DNA of 64,000 nt from an uncultured Gammaproteobacteria bacterium (GTDB lineage Bacteria > Patescibacteriota > Microgenomatia > Daviesbacterales > UBA10151). A model generated the notes under the pieces. The model was not told where the DNA came from. It saw only the letters and a program-made list of their open reading frames with translations, and made no database searches. This document shows positions 37,377 to 48,159 of this stretch, in pieces. The stretch covers positions 71,184-135,183 of the forward strand of contig CAYMRP010000004.1 of assembly GCA_964392925.1 (NCBI GenBank), given 5' to 3'. The first letter of the stretch is position 1. Each line of letters opens with the position of its first letter. The position numbers were made by a program, and so were the translations under genes.

Positions 37377-37772
37377 ATGTTAAGAGATATTGGTGATATC
37401 GGAGCTGAGTTAAAAATTCAATACCTGCAAAGCGATAAAAAAAGTCGCCAATTTACGCGCATACGCTTAGGAACAAAGGGTATACTGGTTGCAAATAATA
37501 GTCACATTTGGACAAAGTCTTTTTCTTTAGAGCACGACAATTCTATAAGAGATCTAAATGAATGGGCCGACTTATTAAGTTGGGATCCACCTTCTAATTT
37601 TAACAGATCTTATAATTGGCTAAAAATCTCAAAGCCTAAAAAAGTGTACAGATTACGGTTAAGTGAGGGCTTGAAAAGTACAGTCTGTTCTACGGGTACA
37701 ATTGAATGGGCACCTGATGGGGTTCGTCATTTGATAACGCAACTTGAAGCATATGCAGAAAAGAAGAAGTAA
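37377..37772 (+). CDS. Hypothetical protein
   Basis: Isolated 131-aa ORF with no recognisable motif. Confidence 0.3.
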   Translation: MLRDIGDIGAELKIQYLQSDKKSRQFTRIRLGTKGILVANNSHIWTKSFSLEHDNSIRDLNEWADLLSWDPPSNFNRSYNWLKISKPKKVYRLRLSEGLKSTVCSTGTIEWAPDGVRHLITQLEAYAEKKK

Positions 37773-37807
37773 TTCCCTCTAACCTTCGTTTACCGGGTTG
37801 ACACTCT

Positions 37808-37834
37808 TTAGCACTCATGATATATTACTGCTAA
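37808..37834 (+). promoter_or_regulatory. CIRCE-like inverted repeat (HrcA operator-like) upstream of lon
   Basis: TTAGCACTC-N9-TACTGCTAA against the consensus TTAGCACTC-N9-GAGTGCTAA (16 of 18 positions), 85 bp upstream of the lon ATG. Confidence 0.5.
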
Positions 37835-37919
37835 ATCCAGTTGAAGTTATCTCTTGAACAGATGTGGTAAAATAAGCTCCACTGTCCAATAACCTCTAAC
37901 TTGGACTCCCAATTTTTTT

Positions 37920-40322
37920 ATGGATCCAATCTCTAACCCTATTAAACTAAGTAAAACTTTACCAGTAGGTCCTTTACGCGGCACTGTTATTTTCCCTGGC
38001 AACACAGTCCCAATCGTCTCCGCCCGTCCAAAATCACGCGCGGCCCTTGATGCTGCTTGGGCTACTAATCGTTTAGTAGTTTTCGTTGCCCAAAAGAATG
38101 AGCGCATCGATGATCCCAAAAAAGATGATTTATTCCAGGTAGGCACAGTTTGTTTAATCAAAAGAATTTTAAAAGTCGATAATGAATACCAACTTAGTGC
38201 CGAAGGCTTAACCCGTGTATTTATTAAAGGCTTCACCCAGACTGATAATTATTTAGAAGCTGAAATTGAAGAAATTCCTGAGCTATATGAGAGAAATGAA
38301 GAAACAGAAGCTTTAATTAGAACAGTTCGTGAGCAATTACGAAAATATCTGGAACTCAACGGAAATCCGTTATTTGATATGTCCTCACTTACAAACTGGC
38401 CGCTAATTTCCTCAAGCGATGATCCAAATCAGCTAGTTAATACAATTTGCCAAATGATCGAATTTAAAACAATCGATAAGCAGCAAATTTTAGAAATGGT
38501 TGCAGCCTCAGAAAGACTTCAAAGAGTCTCCGAATTACTCGCCAAAGAAATCAGAATTCTGGAAATTTCTCAAAAAATCTCTTCCCATACTCAGGAGAGA
38601 GTTTCCCGGATGACTAAAGAAGCTATTTTAAGAGAACAAATGCGCTCAATTGAAGAAGAGTTAGGTGAAGCTTCTGAAAATTCCGAAGTCCGCGAGTTTG
38701 AACTTAAGATCCGCAAAGCCAGCATGCCTAAAGAAGTTCGTGATAAAGCTAATAAAGAGCTTGGTCGTTTGGCAAAAATGTCCTCGTATAATCCTGAAGC
38801 TGCCTATATTAGAAATTACATTGAATGGTTAACTGATTTGCCTTGGAAAGGTGCACCCAAAACAAAAATCGATATGAAAAAAGCTGAAAAAGTTTTGGAT
38901 GCCGAGCATTACGGACTAAAAAAAGTTAAAGAGCGAATTATGGAATACCTAGCCGTTTATAAATTATCAGGCAAACTCCACGGCCCAATCTTATGTTTCG
39001 CTGGACCTCCGGGTACTGGAAAAACCTCAATCGGAAAATCAATCGCCAAAGCCTTAGGCCGAAAGTTTGTTAAAGTTTCTCTCGGTGGTATCAGAGACGA
39101 AGCTGAAATCAGAGGTCACAGAAGAACCTACGTTGGTTCTATGCCAGGACGCATGATCCAATCAGTCAAACAAGCTGGAACCTCAAATCCGGTCTTTATG
39201 TTAGACGAAATTGATAAAATCGGAGCCGATTACCGAGGTGATCCTTCAGCAGCCTTGCTTGAAGCGCTTGATCCTGAACAAAATCATTCCTTCTCAGATC
39301 ATTATTTAGAAGTGCCTTACGATTTGTCTAATGTTATGTTTATAACCACAGCAAACATGCTCGATACCATTCCTCCGGCACTGCGTGATCGTCTCGAAGT
39401 CATTACTTATCCAGGCTATACCAGAGATGAAAAATTTAATATCGCTAAGAACCATCTATTACCAAAAGTAATCGAGTCTCACGGACTAAAAAATTCTAAA
39501 ATCAAACTCGATTTTGATGAAAGCGCTATTTATCAGGTTATCGATGGCTACACTCGTGAAGCCGGAGTCAGAAGTTTAGAGCGGGAGCTCTCCGCAGTAA
39601 TTAGAAAAATCGCCAGAAAAATCGCTGAAGGCGAAATTAAATCTAGCTATCCGGTCACTGAAGAAGTTGTCAGAAAATTATTAGGTCCTGTTAAATTCTT
39701 GCCAGAGCTCGCTGAAATTGAAGATATGATCGGCGCTTCGACTGGCCTCGCTTGGAGTGAAGTTGGCGGATCAATTATGTTTATCGAGGTTACTTTAATG
39801 CCTGGTAAAGGTGCAATTCAATTAACAGGTCAATTAGGAGACGTTATGAAAGAATCAGCTCAAGCTGCAATGTCATATGTCCGTTCAAGTTGGGCAGCTC
39901 TAGGCTTAAATGAAAAATTCTTCCATAAAGTCGATGTTCACGTCCACGTTCCTGAAGGCGCAGTTCCTAAAGACGGTCCCTCTGCTGGAATCGCTTTAAC
40001 TACCGCTATTGTTTCAGCTTTTACTAAAATCCCTGTTAAAAAAGACATCGCCATGACCGGAGAAGTTACTTTAAGAGGTCGGGTTCTAGAAATCGGCGGC
40101 TTAAAAGAAAAAGTCCTCGCTGCCCACAGGGCTGGTGTTAAAGATATTATTATTCCTGAAAACAATAAAAAGGATTTGGAAGATATTCCAGAACATATTG
40201 TTGCTGATCTAAAATTCCACACAGTCAAGCATATGGACCAGGTACTGGAAATCGCTCTAATCAGAAATCCTTTTCCTAAAGCCAAGAAAATTCATTCAAC
40301 CCTTCCTCCAGCTTTTGCTTAA
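37920..40322 (+). CDS. lon: ATP-dependent Lon protease
   Basis: Walker [14 protein letters not shown], catalytic Ser in [10 protein letters not shown], Lys in [20 protein letters not shown]. 800 aa. Confidence 0.9.
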   Translation: MDPISNPIKLSKTLPVGPLRGTVIFPGNTVPIVSARPKSRAALDAAWATNRLVVFVAQKNERIDDPKKDDLFQVGTVCLIKRILKVDNEYQLSAEGLTRVFIKGFTQTDNYLEAEIEEIPELYERNEETEALIRTVREQLRKYLELNGNPLFDMSSLTNWPLISSSDDPNQLVNTICQMIEFKTIDKQQILEMVAASERLQRVSELLAKEIRILEISQKISSHTQERVSRMTKEAILREQMRSIEEELGEASENSEVREFELKIRKASMPKEVRDKANKELGRLAKMSSYNPEAAYIRNYIEWLTDLPWKGAPKTKIDMKKAEKVLDAEHYGLKKVKERIMEYLAVYKLSGKLHGPILCFAGPPGTGKTSIGKSIAKALGRKFVKVSLGGIRDEAEIRGHRRTYVGSMPGRMIQSVKQAGTSNPVFMLDEIDKIGADYRGDPSAALLEALDPEQNHSFSDHYLEVPYDLSNVMFITTANMLDTIPPALRDRLEVITYPGYTRDEKFNIAKNHLLPKVIESHGLKNSKIKLDFDESAIYQVIDGYTREAGVRSLERELSAVIRKIARKIAEGEIKSSYPVTEEVVRKLLGPVKFLPELAEIEDMIGASTGLAWSEVGGSIMFIEVTLMPGKGAIQLTGQLGDVMKESAQAAMSYVRSSWAALGLNEKFFHKVDVHVHVPEGAVPKDGPSAGIALTTAIVSAFTKIPVKKDIAMTGEVTLRGRVLEIGGLKEKVLAAHRAGVKDIIIPENNKKDLEDIPEHIVADLKFHTVKHMDQVLEIALIRNPFPKAKKIHSTLPPAFA

Positions 40323-40362
40323 CCATCTAGACCTATAGATCTTTTTAGATTATAATTCGCAG

Positions 40363-40833
40363 ATGAGAATTGAATCAGTCCAAGCTCCTATAGAGAGGCT
40401 AAAGTTTCTGCGTAATTTTAAGACTGAATCTTTAAGTGTCTTAGCCGGTGTTGGGATAGGGATATATGCCGCTCTGTCAGGTTCTATAAATAATGACCCA
40501 GCCTTCAAAATATCTTACTCCTGCGAAGAAAATAAAATGACGAATAATCGTGCAGAGGGAAAACACATAGAAATTGAAGTGGTCAGTAATTATCGGACCC
40601 GCGACGATTCTCTTCTCATTTTCTGGACTCCTCAACGACTAAGTCGGTTTAATCCCGAGCGACCATTTAATGGCTCTGCCAAGGAATCATTTGAGATGCC
40701 TAACGGCGTGAGTGTGCCTAAAGGTACGGTTGCCAGATTGAGAATCGTCCACTCTGACAGTCCCGATTTGAAACACTCTCTAAGCAGTGGCCGAGAGGTA
40801 GCTGCCCAAGCAGTACCAATAACTTGTGAATAG
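40363..40833 (+). CDS. Hypothetical protein (one TM helix)
   Basis: ORF only; no motif recognised. Confidence 0.3.
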   Translation: MRIESVQAPIERLKFLRNFKTESLSVLAGVGIGIYAALSGSINNDPAFKISYSCEENKMTNNRAEGKHIEIEVVSNYRTRDDSLLIFWTPQRLSRFNPERPFNGSAKESFEMPNGVSVPKGTVARLRIVHSDSPDLKHSLSSGREVAAQAVPITCE

Positions 40834-40850
40834 CTTCTTATATTTGACTA

Positions 40851-40880
40851 TAAGTCCTAAAATTTAGTATAATTCCTCAA
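40851..40880 (+). promoter_or_regulatory. Sigma70-like promoter candidate upstream of ppa
   Basis: TTGACT, 18-bp spacer, TATAAT. Caution: such matches arise by chance in AT-rich DNA. Confidence 0.35.
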
Positions 40881-40926
40881 TCAAAATTAATCTCTAGGTA
40901 ACCCCAAAGATTATTGATATACTAAA

Positions 40927-41433
40927 ATGACAGTGCATAATATTGGTGTCGGTAAAAAGTTTCCAAACGAAATATATGTAGTACTAGAGATCCCAAAAGG
41001 ATCTAGAAACAAATACGAATTCAACGAGGAATTCGGACTAATCGAACTAGACCGTGTTAACTACACAGCCATGGCTCATCCATACGACTATGGGTTTATA
41101 CCTGGAACCAGAAGCGAAGATGGCGATCATCTCGATGCTTTTGTTTTACTTGATCATTCCGCATTCCCTGGAGCACTCGTCTCCGCTCGTCCGGTAGGAG
41201 TTTTATTCATGGTTGATGACGGCGAAAAAGACGAAAAAATTATTGCAGTCCCTTCTAAAGATCCTAGATTTAATCATATTAAAGATCTTTCAGATCTATC
41301 TCCTCACATCAAAAAAGAAATCGAGCATTTCTTCCAGCATTACAAAGATCTTCAAAAAGTTACAGTTGAACTAAAAGGCTGGGGCGGAGCAGAAAAAGCT
41401 AAGGAAGTAATAGAGAAAAGTAGAGAAGAATAG
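40927..41433 (+). CDS. ppa: Inorganic pyrophosphatase, family I
   Basis: YEFNEE...DGDHLDAFVL matches the family I PPase metal-binding signature. 168 aa. Confidence 0.85.
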   Translation: MTVHNIGVGKKFPNEIYVVLEIPKGSRNKYEFNEEFGLIELDRVNYTAMAHPYDYGFIPGTRSEDGDHLDAFVLLDHSAFPGALVSARPVGVLFMVDDGEKDEKIIAVPSKDPRFNHIKDLSDLSPHIKKEIEHFFQHYKDLQKVTVELKGWGGAEKAKEVIEKSREE

Positions 41434-41565
41434 AATTTCTAATATCTAAGTGCTCTAATTGACATAAGAAAATCCCAATATCCAAGTCCCAAATTTAAGT
41501 CATTCTAACCTTGGTGCTTGTTTAGATAAATTAGAAATTAGGTTAATTAGGTCAATTAATTCCAC
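41434..41565. repeat. Intergenic repeated element, copy B
   Basis: gaatttctaatatctaagtgctctaatt...aaatcccaata...aattagaaattaggttaattag matches copy A at 4424-4533. It begins right after the ppa stop codon. Confidence 0.75.
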
Positions 41566-41628
41566 ATTCCCTCTTGACCTGTAACCTGTAGTTGTTGTAA
41601 TAATATCCCCACTGCCGCCAAGGTCTAT

Positions 41629-43632
41629 ATGGGTTTTGAATTAACACCACAAATTTTAAATTACTTTATTTGGTCCGGCTCAATCGCCGCCACAGCTTAT
41701 GGACTCATTCTTGCTTGGTTAATCTTAAAACTCCCCACAGGTAACGACAAAATGAGGGAAATCGCCTCAGCAATTCAGGAAGGTGCTACCGCATATTTAA
41801 CCCGACAATACATGGTTATCTCCCTGGTTGCGCTAGTAATAACTGTCCTGATCGGTCTCTTCATCTCCTTAAATAGTGCAATCGGCTTCGTTATCGGTGC
41901 TTTATTCTCAGCTGTTGCCGGTCTCGTCGGTATGGTTGTAGCCGTTAGAGCAAATATCCGATGCGCTGAAGCTGCAAAAAAAGGTTTAGCTCAGGCATTT
42001 GATGTCGCCTTTAAAGGCGGAGCAGTCACAGGTTTTATAGTTGTTGGCTTGGCTTTAGGCGTAACTTATGGCTTTTACCAATATTCTCTCGATATCCCAG
42101 CTTTAGTTTCTTTAGGTTTTGGAGCTTCTTTGATCTCAGTTTTTGCTAGACTCGGTGGGGGAATCTATACTAAAGGCGCAGACGTTGGTGGTGACATGGT
42201 TGGTAAAGTTGAGGCCGGAATTCCGGAAGATGATCCTCGAAATCCTGCTGTTATTGCTGATCTTGTAGGCGATAATGTTGGTGACGATGCTGGAATGGCT
42301 GCTGATATTTTCGAGACTTATGTTGTGACTGCAATTGCCGCAATTCTGCTCGGTGAATTCTTAATCCCTGGCTCTGAAACAGTTATTTATTATCCTCTGG
42401 CATTAATGTCAGGCGGTATTTTTGCTTCAATTATTGGTTCATTCTTTGCCCGTCTCACAGGTGGCCGGATTATGGGTACTTTATATCAGGGTCTTGGCGT
42501 AGCTGTTGTTTTATCTGCAGTTTCTTTTTACTTTATTACTGATGCTATGTGGGCAGGCAACGCAATCTTCTCCTCGACAAACTTATTCCTGGCCAGCCTT
42601 GTTGGTTTAGCAGTTTCAGCCGGCATGATGATAATTACGGAGTATTACACAGGGACAAAGTATAGTCCTGTTCGTTCAATAGCTCAGGCTTCAGCAACTG
42701 GCCATGGCACTAATGTTATTGCAGGCCTCGCAGTTTCTATGAAATCTACCTTTGCTCCAATCATCTTAATCTGCGCCGCTACTCTAATCTCTTTCTTCTT
42801 AGCTGATCTCTATGGAGTCGCTATCGCTGCAGTTGCCATGTTATCTCTGGCTGGAATAGTTGTGGCTATCGATGCCTTTGGTCCGATAACTGATAACGCC
42901 GGAGGAATCGCCGAAATGAGCGGTATGCCTGCTAAAATCCGTGCGAGTGTGACTGATCCTTTGGATGCCGTTGGCAACACCACCAAAGCAGTCACCAAAG
43001 GTTATGCTATTGCCTCAGCCGGCCTCGCAGCACTAGTTCTCTTTGCAGCCTACACACAAGAACTAGGTTCAGGAGTTATATTTGCCCTTAATGATCCTAA
43101 AGTCTTAGTTGGATTATTTATTGGTGGCGCATTGCCTTATGTATTTGCCTCCTTTGCTATGGAAGCAGTGGGTAAAGCTGGACAAGCTGTTGTTGAAGAA
43201 GTCCGCCGTCAATTCAAACTTTACAAAGGCATTATGAAAGGCACTCAAAAACCAGATTACGCTGCCTGTGTTTCAATAGTTACTGCAGCTGCTCAAAAAG
43301 AAATGATTATCCCAACTCTAATCCCTGTCTTAGCTCCAATCATAGTTGGTCTTTTCTTAGGTCCTATCGCCTTAGGCGGAATGCTCGTCGGTATAATTAT
43401 CACTGGTTTATTCGTTGGTTTATCTATGACAACTGGCGGAGCCGCTTGGGATAACGCTAAAAAATATATTGAGCAAGGTAACTTAGGCGGCAAAGGCTCC
43501 TTCGCTCATCAATCAGCAGTCACTGGCGACACAGTCGGCGATCCTTATAAGGATACTGCCGGACCAGCCATCAACCCAATGATTAAAGTTGCAAACATTG
43601 TTGCCCTACTTCTAGTCGCTCTTCTCAAATAA
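41629..43632 (+). CDS. hppA: Membrane-bound H+/Na+-translocating pyrophosphatase
   Basis: [55 protein letters not shown] and about 15 TM helices. Confidence 0.9.
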   Translation: MGFELTPQILNYFIWSGSIAATAYGLILAWLILKLPTGNDKMREIASAIQEGATAYLTRQYMVISLVALVITVLIGLFISLNSAIGFVIGALFSAVAGLVGMVVAVRANIRCAEAAKKGLAQAFDVAFKGGAVTGFIVVGLALGVTYGFYQYSLDIPALVSLGFGASLISVFARLGGGIYTKGADVGGDMVGKVEAGIPEDDPRNPAVIADLVGDNVGDDAGMAADIFETYVVTAIAAILLGEFLIPGSETVIYYPLALMSGGIFASIIGSFFARLTGGRIMGTLYQGLGVAVVLSAVSFYFITDAMWAGNAIFSSTNLFLASLVGLAVSAGMMIITEYYTGTKYSPVRSIAQASATGHGTNVIAGLAVSMKSTFAPIILICAATLISFFLADLYGVAIAAVAMLSLAGIVVAIDAFGPITDNAGGIAEMSGMPAKIRASVTDPLDAVGNTTKAVTKGYAIASAGLAALVLFAAYTQELGSGVIFALNDPKVLVGLFIGGALPYVFASFAMEAVGKAGQAVVEEVRRQFKLYKGIMKGTQKPDYAACVSIVTAAAQKEMIIPTLIPVLAPIIVGLFLGPIALGGMLVGIIITGLFVGLSMTTGGAAWDNAKKYIEQGNLGGKGSFAHQSAVTGDTVGDPYKDTAGPAINPMIKVANIVALLLVALLK

Positions 43633-43660
43633 TTATTATTCTCTCAGTTATAATTAGTGA

Positions 43661-44833
43661 ATGTTTCAGCAATCCCGAAGAAATGTTTTAAGAAATATTA
43701 AGCTCTTATATCTCTATGATTTTTTCTCAGACTTTAGATTTTATTATCCTATTGAAATATTATATTTTTCTGAAATAGCCGGTTCTTATGCTTTAGGAAT
43801 GATGGTCTGGGGTGTTATGAGTGTTTCTTCATCTTTATTCGAAGTTCCAACAGGGATTTTTTCTGATTATATTGGCAGGAGAAAAACAATTATTCTGGCA
43901 TCTATAGCCTGTGTTATGTCAGTCTTTTGTTATGCATTAGGTCTTTCATATTGGTTTTTAATTCTCGGGGCAGTACTCCAAGGCCTTTCGAGATCGTTCT
44001 TCAGTGGAAATAATGAAGCTTTACTTCACGATTCTCTAAAAGAAAAAGATATGCAAAATGAATATCACCACTTTCATGGAAAAACTAACAGTATGATGCA
44101 GACAGGAGCCGCAATATCAGCTTTGGCCGGAGGCTTTCTCGCATACTATTTTTCATACAGCTTTGTTTTTTGGCTAAGCCTTATTCCACTGCTTATAAAT
44201 CTAGGACTATCTTTTCTATTCATAGAGCCGAAAGTTAAATCGGAAAAAAGCGGAAATTTATATAACCACTTAGGTGAAGCAATTACCTTATTTATTAAAA
44301 ATCCTAAACTTAGATTATTAAGCTTTGCCAGTATTTGGGCTTATGGTTTAGGTGAAAGCGGTTGGCTTTTTAGATCGGCTTTTGTTGCAACAATTTGGCC
44401 AATTTGGGCTGTCGGAATACCTAAAGCTCTTGGGAATATTGGAGCAGCATTTGGATTTTTTATTGCAGGTAAAGTAATCACAAAATTTAAAGCAATTAAA
44501 GCTCTTTTGTTCGGTAGTATATTCGCCCATACAATAAATATTATTGCTTTTGCTTTTGTAACGATACTTTCTCCAATAATATCTATACTAGGTTCTCCAA
44601 TTTTTGGAATTTCAGAAACTGCAAAATCTACCCTTTTTCAAAAAGAATTTACTGATAAGCAAAGAGCAACAATGGGTTCTTTAAATGCATTGGCTGGATC
44701 TTTATTCTTTGCCCTCGCTTCTTACTCAGTGGGATATATCGCAGATTTACTTGATCCGGCCAAAGGACTCTTGATCTTACAAATACTAATGCTTGTGAAT
44801 ATTTATATTTATTGGCGACTTCTTAAAAGATAA
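43661..44833 (+). CDS. MFS transporter
   Basis: About 12 TM helices and a GRRK-type loop (YIGRRKTI) after TM2. Confidence 0.6.
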   Translation: MFQQSRRNVLRNIKLLYLYDFFSDFRFYYPIEILYFSEIAGSYALGMMVWGVMSVSSSLFEVPTGIFSDYIGRRKTIILASIACVMSVFCYALGLSYWFLILGAVLQGLSRSFFSGNNEALLHDSLKEKDMQNEYHHFHGKTNSMMQTGAAISALAGGFLAYYFSYSFVFWLSLIPLLINLGLSFLFIEPKVKSEKSGNLYNHLGEAITLFIKNPKLRLLSFASIWAYGLGESGWLFRSAFVATIWPIWAVGIPKALGNIGAAFGFFIAGKVITKFKAIKALLFGSIFAHTINIIAFAFVTILSPIISILGSPIFGISETAKSTLFQKEFTDKQRATMGSLNALAGSLFFALASYSVGYIADLLDPAKGLLILQILMLVNIYIYWRLLKR

Positions 44834-44860
44834 TTTGACACCAAGGACTATAATTTAGGT

Positions 44861-45502
44861 ATGAATGAGAGATTCATAGCCGATAAGCTTGCTGAATATC
44901 CCAAAGGCTGGAGTGCAAAAGTAAGACCTATTATTCCTTATGCAAATATTTCTTTAAGTAAAACTGCCTTACACGAAGCAAAGCATTTGGTATTACTGCA
45001 CGCAAATGGAACGGGTGCCAAAAGCGGGACAATTGAACCCGGACCCGGATATTTAGGAATGGTTGAGCCTCATGGCTTTGACGCTGTTGCCGCTTTAGGT
45101 CCAGATGCAGACGGAGATACCGGGACTGATCATGATAAAAGAGTTGCTGCATGGGGCGGCGCAGATATTGATTCATCTAGAAAAGTTGCCAGAACTATGC
45201 TTAATCGTTTAAGAGAAGAGGTCAGATTAGTAGCAGGGCTTCTAGAAGTAGAAAGAACTGTCTCCGGGGGCAGGGTATCAGAAGTTATAAATAAATATCA
45301 GCAAGATCCTGACGAAGAAGTAGAGGTGGTCGATCCAATTGGTAACATAACAACAACTAAGACACCCCGAAGTAAAAGACACGAAATACTTTTCGGGGTA
45401 AATGAAAAGAATAAACACTTAGAAAATAAAGATATAAAAAAAGTCAGGAATTTCAGACCTTTGAATAATAAGTTAAAAATTTCTACTAAAATAGCAGCTT
45501 GA
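44861..45502 (+). CDS. Hypothetical protein with an HExxH motif (GC-richer than its neighbours)
   Basis: ALHEAKHLV contains HExxH. The rest is unrecognised. Local GC is higher than in flanking genes. Confidence 0.3.
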   Translation: MNERFIADKLAEYPKGWSAKVRPIIPYANISLSKTALHEAKHLVLLHANGTGAKSGTIEPGPGYLGMVEPHGFDAVAALGPDADGDTGTDHDKRVAAWGGADIDSSRKVARTMLNRLREEVRLVAGLLEVERTVSGGRVSEVINKYQQDPDEEVEVVDPIGNITTTKTPRSKRHEILFGVNEKNKHLENKDIKKVRNFRPLNNKLKISTKIAA

Positions 45503-45690
45503 CCTATAGTAGAGTATTGCAAAAAATAAAATTTATGATAGTATATTCATACAACTAAATATCAAAAGCGTTTGTACTTGTAGTCGCGCACAAGGAGCTG
45601 GTTCTCAAAATAGAACACGGAGACGAAACCGTAAAAGACAGTAACATGTGTCGGTAACGGAGCATGTCAGGAATAAGTAATTCTTTGACA

Positions 45691-45712
45691 TCTCGCGAAA
45701 GCGGGATTTTTT
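45691..45712 (+). terminator. Small GNRA-tetraloop hairpin plus U-run (terminator-like)
   Basis: ctcgc-gaaa-gcggg followed by attttttt. Confidence 0.45.
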
Positions 45713-45746
45713 TGAATTAGTACAAGGTGGCACCGCCAATTTAAAG

Positions 45747-45796
45747 GCCCTTGTGATTTTCTTAACTAAAGTTAGGGAATTCACAAGGGCTTTTTT
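45747..45796 (+). terminator. Long hairpin plus U-run (terminator/attenuator-like) just upstream of the 45823 gene
   Basis: gcccttgtga ... tcacaagggc followed by tttttt. Confidence 0.45.
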
Positions 45797-45822
45797 AATG
45801 CCCTAAAAAAGGAAAAAAATAT

Positions 45823-46413
45823 ATGAGATCAATATATAAGGAAAAGCTAAGTAATCCAATATCGGAACACATTCCTGGGAAAATTATTATGGGCGGAGAA
45901 ATTGACATCCTCTCTTTAGGGGTGAGGCAGGGGTATGCAAGTTATATTAGTGAGGAGCTAGGTAAGCATCAAGATAAAACTAAACTAAGAAGTTCCATAG
46001 AATTAGAAAGGGATATGCGAGAAGCCAGAGCGATTCTTTGTCTTCACCCCGAGACTGAGCAATTATTAGCATTCGCCAAGCTCGAATATTTTGGAATAAA
46101 TGATGCAAAACAAATTATATATGAGTTTGGTTCTTGGATTGGTAAGAATGGCTATGGAAGAGATGTCTTAGAGGCTGGAAGAGATTTAGCCGCCCAGCAA
46201 TTTCCGTATGCCAGACTGATAGCAATTGTCAGACCCAGCAACCTAAAAGCGCAAAGAATAATTACTGAGAGTGGGGGAATAAAAGTGGGTTATCTTGATC
46301 CTCTCGTGAAACATATTTACGACATAACCAGAAGACAACAACCAACAAGTGTAATCAAGCTAGGTCAGGGTGGAATTTGGATTAATCAACAAAATCAAGG
46401 TCATATTCTATAA
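45823..46413 (+). CDS. Hypothetical protein, possibly a GNAT-fold acetyltransferase
   Basis: IGKNGYGRDVLEAGRDLA resembles GNAT motif A (R/QxxGxG/A). Weak match. Confidence 0.3.
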   Translation: MRSIYKEKLSNPISEHIPGKIIMGGEIDILSLGVRQGYASYISEELGKHQDKTKLRSSIELERDMREARAILCLHPETEQLLAFAKLEYFGINDAKQIIYEFGSWIGKNGYGRDVLEAGRDLAAQQFPYARLIAIVRPSNLKAQRIITESGGIKVGYLDPLVKHIYDITRRQQPTSVIKLGQGGIWINQQNQGHIL

Positions 46414-46424
46414 GGAAAAAAGTT

Positions 46425-47150
46425 ATGAAAAAATCTACAGCAATAAAATACAAGACAATAGGTGTTTTAGGAGGCATGGGCCCCTCTGCCTCAGCATACT
46501 TTTATCAGCTTTTATTGAAAACTCTACAGCAAAAGCATAATGCTGTGCAGGATTATGACTATCCTCAAATAATCATTAATTCATTATCTCTATCGGATTC
46601 CAGCGAGAATGGAATGGAAAGTTCGACTAGAATTATTAATCAGTTAACCAAAGGGATTAATGCATTGGAAAAGGCGGGTGCTAATTTTATTACAATTCCT
46701 TGCAATTCAGTTCATAATTCAATTAAGGTACTGAGGAAGAAAACAAAGTTACCAATAATCAGTATTATTGAGAAAGTAAGCTTGGAGGTTATTAAGGATA
46801 AATCTAAGAAAATTCTTATTCTCTCCTCAAAAACAACTAATAATTACGGTCTTTATGATAGTTTGAAAAATGAGGGAATAATTATAATAAAACCTAACAG
46901 TATTCTTGAGGAGCAAGTCACTAGGTTAATACTTGCTGTAATGGGAAATAAGAATATTCAGAACGTAAAAAAACCTGTTATCAAAACAATTAACAGCATG
47001 TTTAACAGTGGTGATATTGATTCAGTACTTCTAGGTTGTACCGAGTTACCATTAGCAATAACTAAGGGCGATGTAGATTGTAAGATTTATGATTCATTAA
47101 GAATATTATCGGAGGCTTCTGTAAACTACTCACTAATCTCGGCGAAATAA
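46425..47150 (+). CDS. Aspartate/glutamate racemase family protein (Asp racemase-like)
   Basis: IGVLGGMGPSASAYFY N-terminal motif. A C-terminal Cys (LGCTELP) could be the second catalytic residue. Confidence 0.6.
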   Translation: MKKSTAIKYKTIGVLGGMGPSASAYFYQLLLKTLQQKHNAVQDYDYPQIIINSLSLSDSSENGMESSTRIINQLTKGINALEKAGANFITIPCNSVHNSIKVLRKKTKLPIISIIEKVSLEVIKDKSKKILILSSKTTNNYGLYDSLKNEGIIIIKPNSILEEQVTRLILAVMGNKNIQNVKKPVIKTINSMFNSGDIDSVLLGCTELPLAITKGDVDCKIYDSLRILSEASVNYSLISAK

Positions 47151-47256
47151 TTATTGTTTTAATTTTTACACAGTTTAAGCTATAATAGGCACTATAAACG
47201 AAGACTTCATTAAAAACACATTATCTTTAAGAGGCAAGGTTAAGGGTCAAAAATGG

Positions 47257-48102
47257 TTGGACAGTTTGCCAGAACTTGTTAAAAGTTATGAAACTAAATG
47301 GGGTATCAAAACTGGCAGCCCTATCGAAAATCTTTCAATAAATTATGTTCAAAATGCTCAGGCCAGAGAAGGACAAGCTGTTCTAAAAATTGGATTTCCA
47401 GAAGATCAAGTTTTTCTCTATGAAATAAAAGCACTTGAAGTTTTTAATGGTAACGGCGCAGTTAGAATTATCAGAGAAGATTTTGAAAATTCTGTTGTCC
47501 TTCTTGAATCATGCATCCCTGGTAAATCTTTAGATACTATTAATGATGAAGAAAAAGAAAATTTAATTTTTACAAATGTTAGTAAAAGAATTTGGAGAAG
47601 AGTTTTTGAAGATTCAGAATTTCCTAAACTCTCAGATGAAATAAAATACTTCGACTGGTACTTCAGCAATAAAAAAGCTGCAACACTTTTGCCGGTGGAA
47701 TTAGTTACAAAGGCAAAGGAAAAATTTGAGGCATTAATAAAAGCCCAGAAAGATTTATATCTTTTACATGGTGATTTACATCACGGTAATATTCTATCTT
47801 CTGAAAGAGGATGGCTCTCTATTGATCCTAAAGGCATAGTCGGTGAAAGGGAATACGAAATAGCTTCTTTTATTACCAACCCCCGATCCAGATTTGAAAA
47901 CAACAATGATCTAATTGATAAAGATTATTTTGCCAAAAAAATAGAATCAATAGCAACCATCCTCAGATTTGATAAGAAAAAAATCACTCAATGGGCTTTT
48001 GTTAAGCAGGTTCTATCATTAATTTGGACAATCCAAGATCATGGTAAAACCGATAAGCTAGGACTAAGAATTGCTACCGAACTGGAAAAGTTAATATCAT
48101 AA
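47257..48102 (+). CDS. Aminoglycoside phosphotransferase-family kinase (APH fold)
   Basis: LLHGDLHHGNIL catalytic loop and IDPKG downstream. TTG start. Confidence 0.6.
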   Translation: MDSLPELVKSYETKWGIKTGSPIENLSINYVQNAQAREGQAVLKIGFPEDQVFLYEIKALEVFNGNGAVRIIREDFENSVVLLESCIPGKSLDTINDEEKENLIFTNVSKRIWRRVFEDSEFPKLSDEIKYFDWYFSNKKAATLLPVELVTKAKEKFEALIKAQKDLYLLHGDLHHGNILSSERGWLSIDPKGIVGEREYEIASFITNPRSRFENNNDLIDKDYFAKKIESIATILRFDKKKITQWAFVKQVLSLIWTIQDHGKTDKLGLRIATELEKLIS

Positions 48103-48159
48103 ACCTCCTATAAACTCGAAAAAAGAAATCTAAATGGTGAATTTGCTTAGTAAAGTAAA

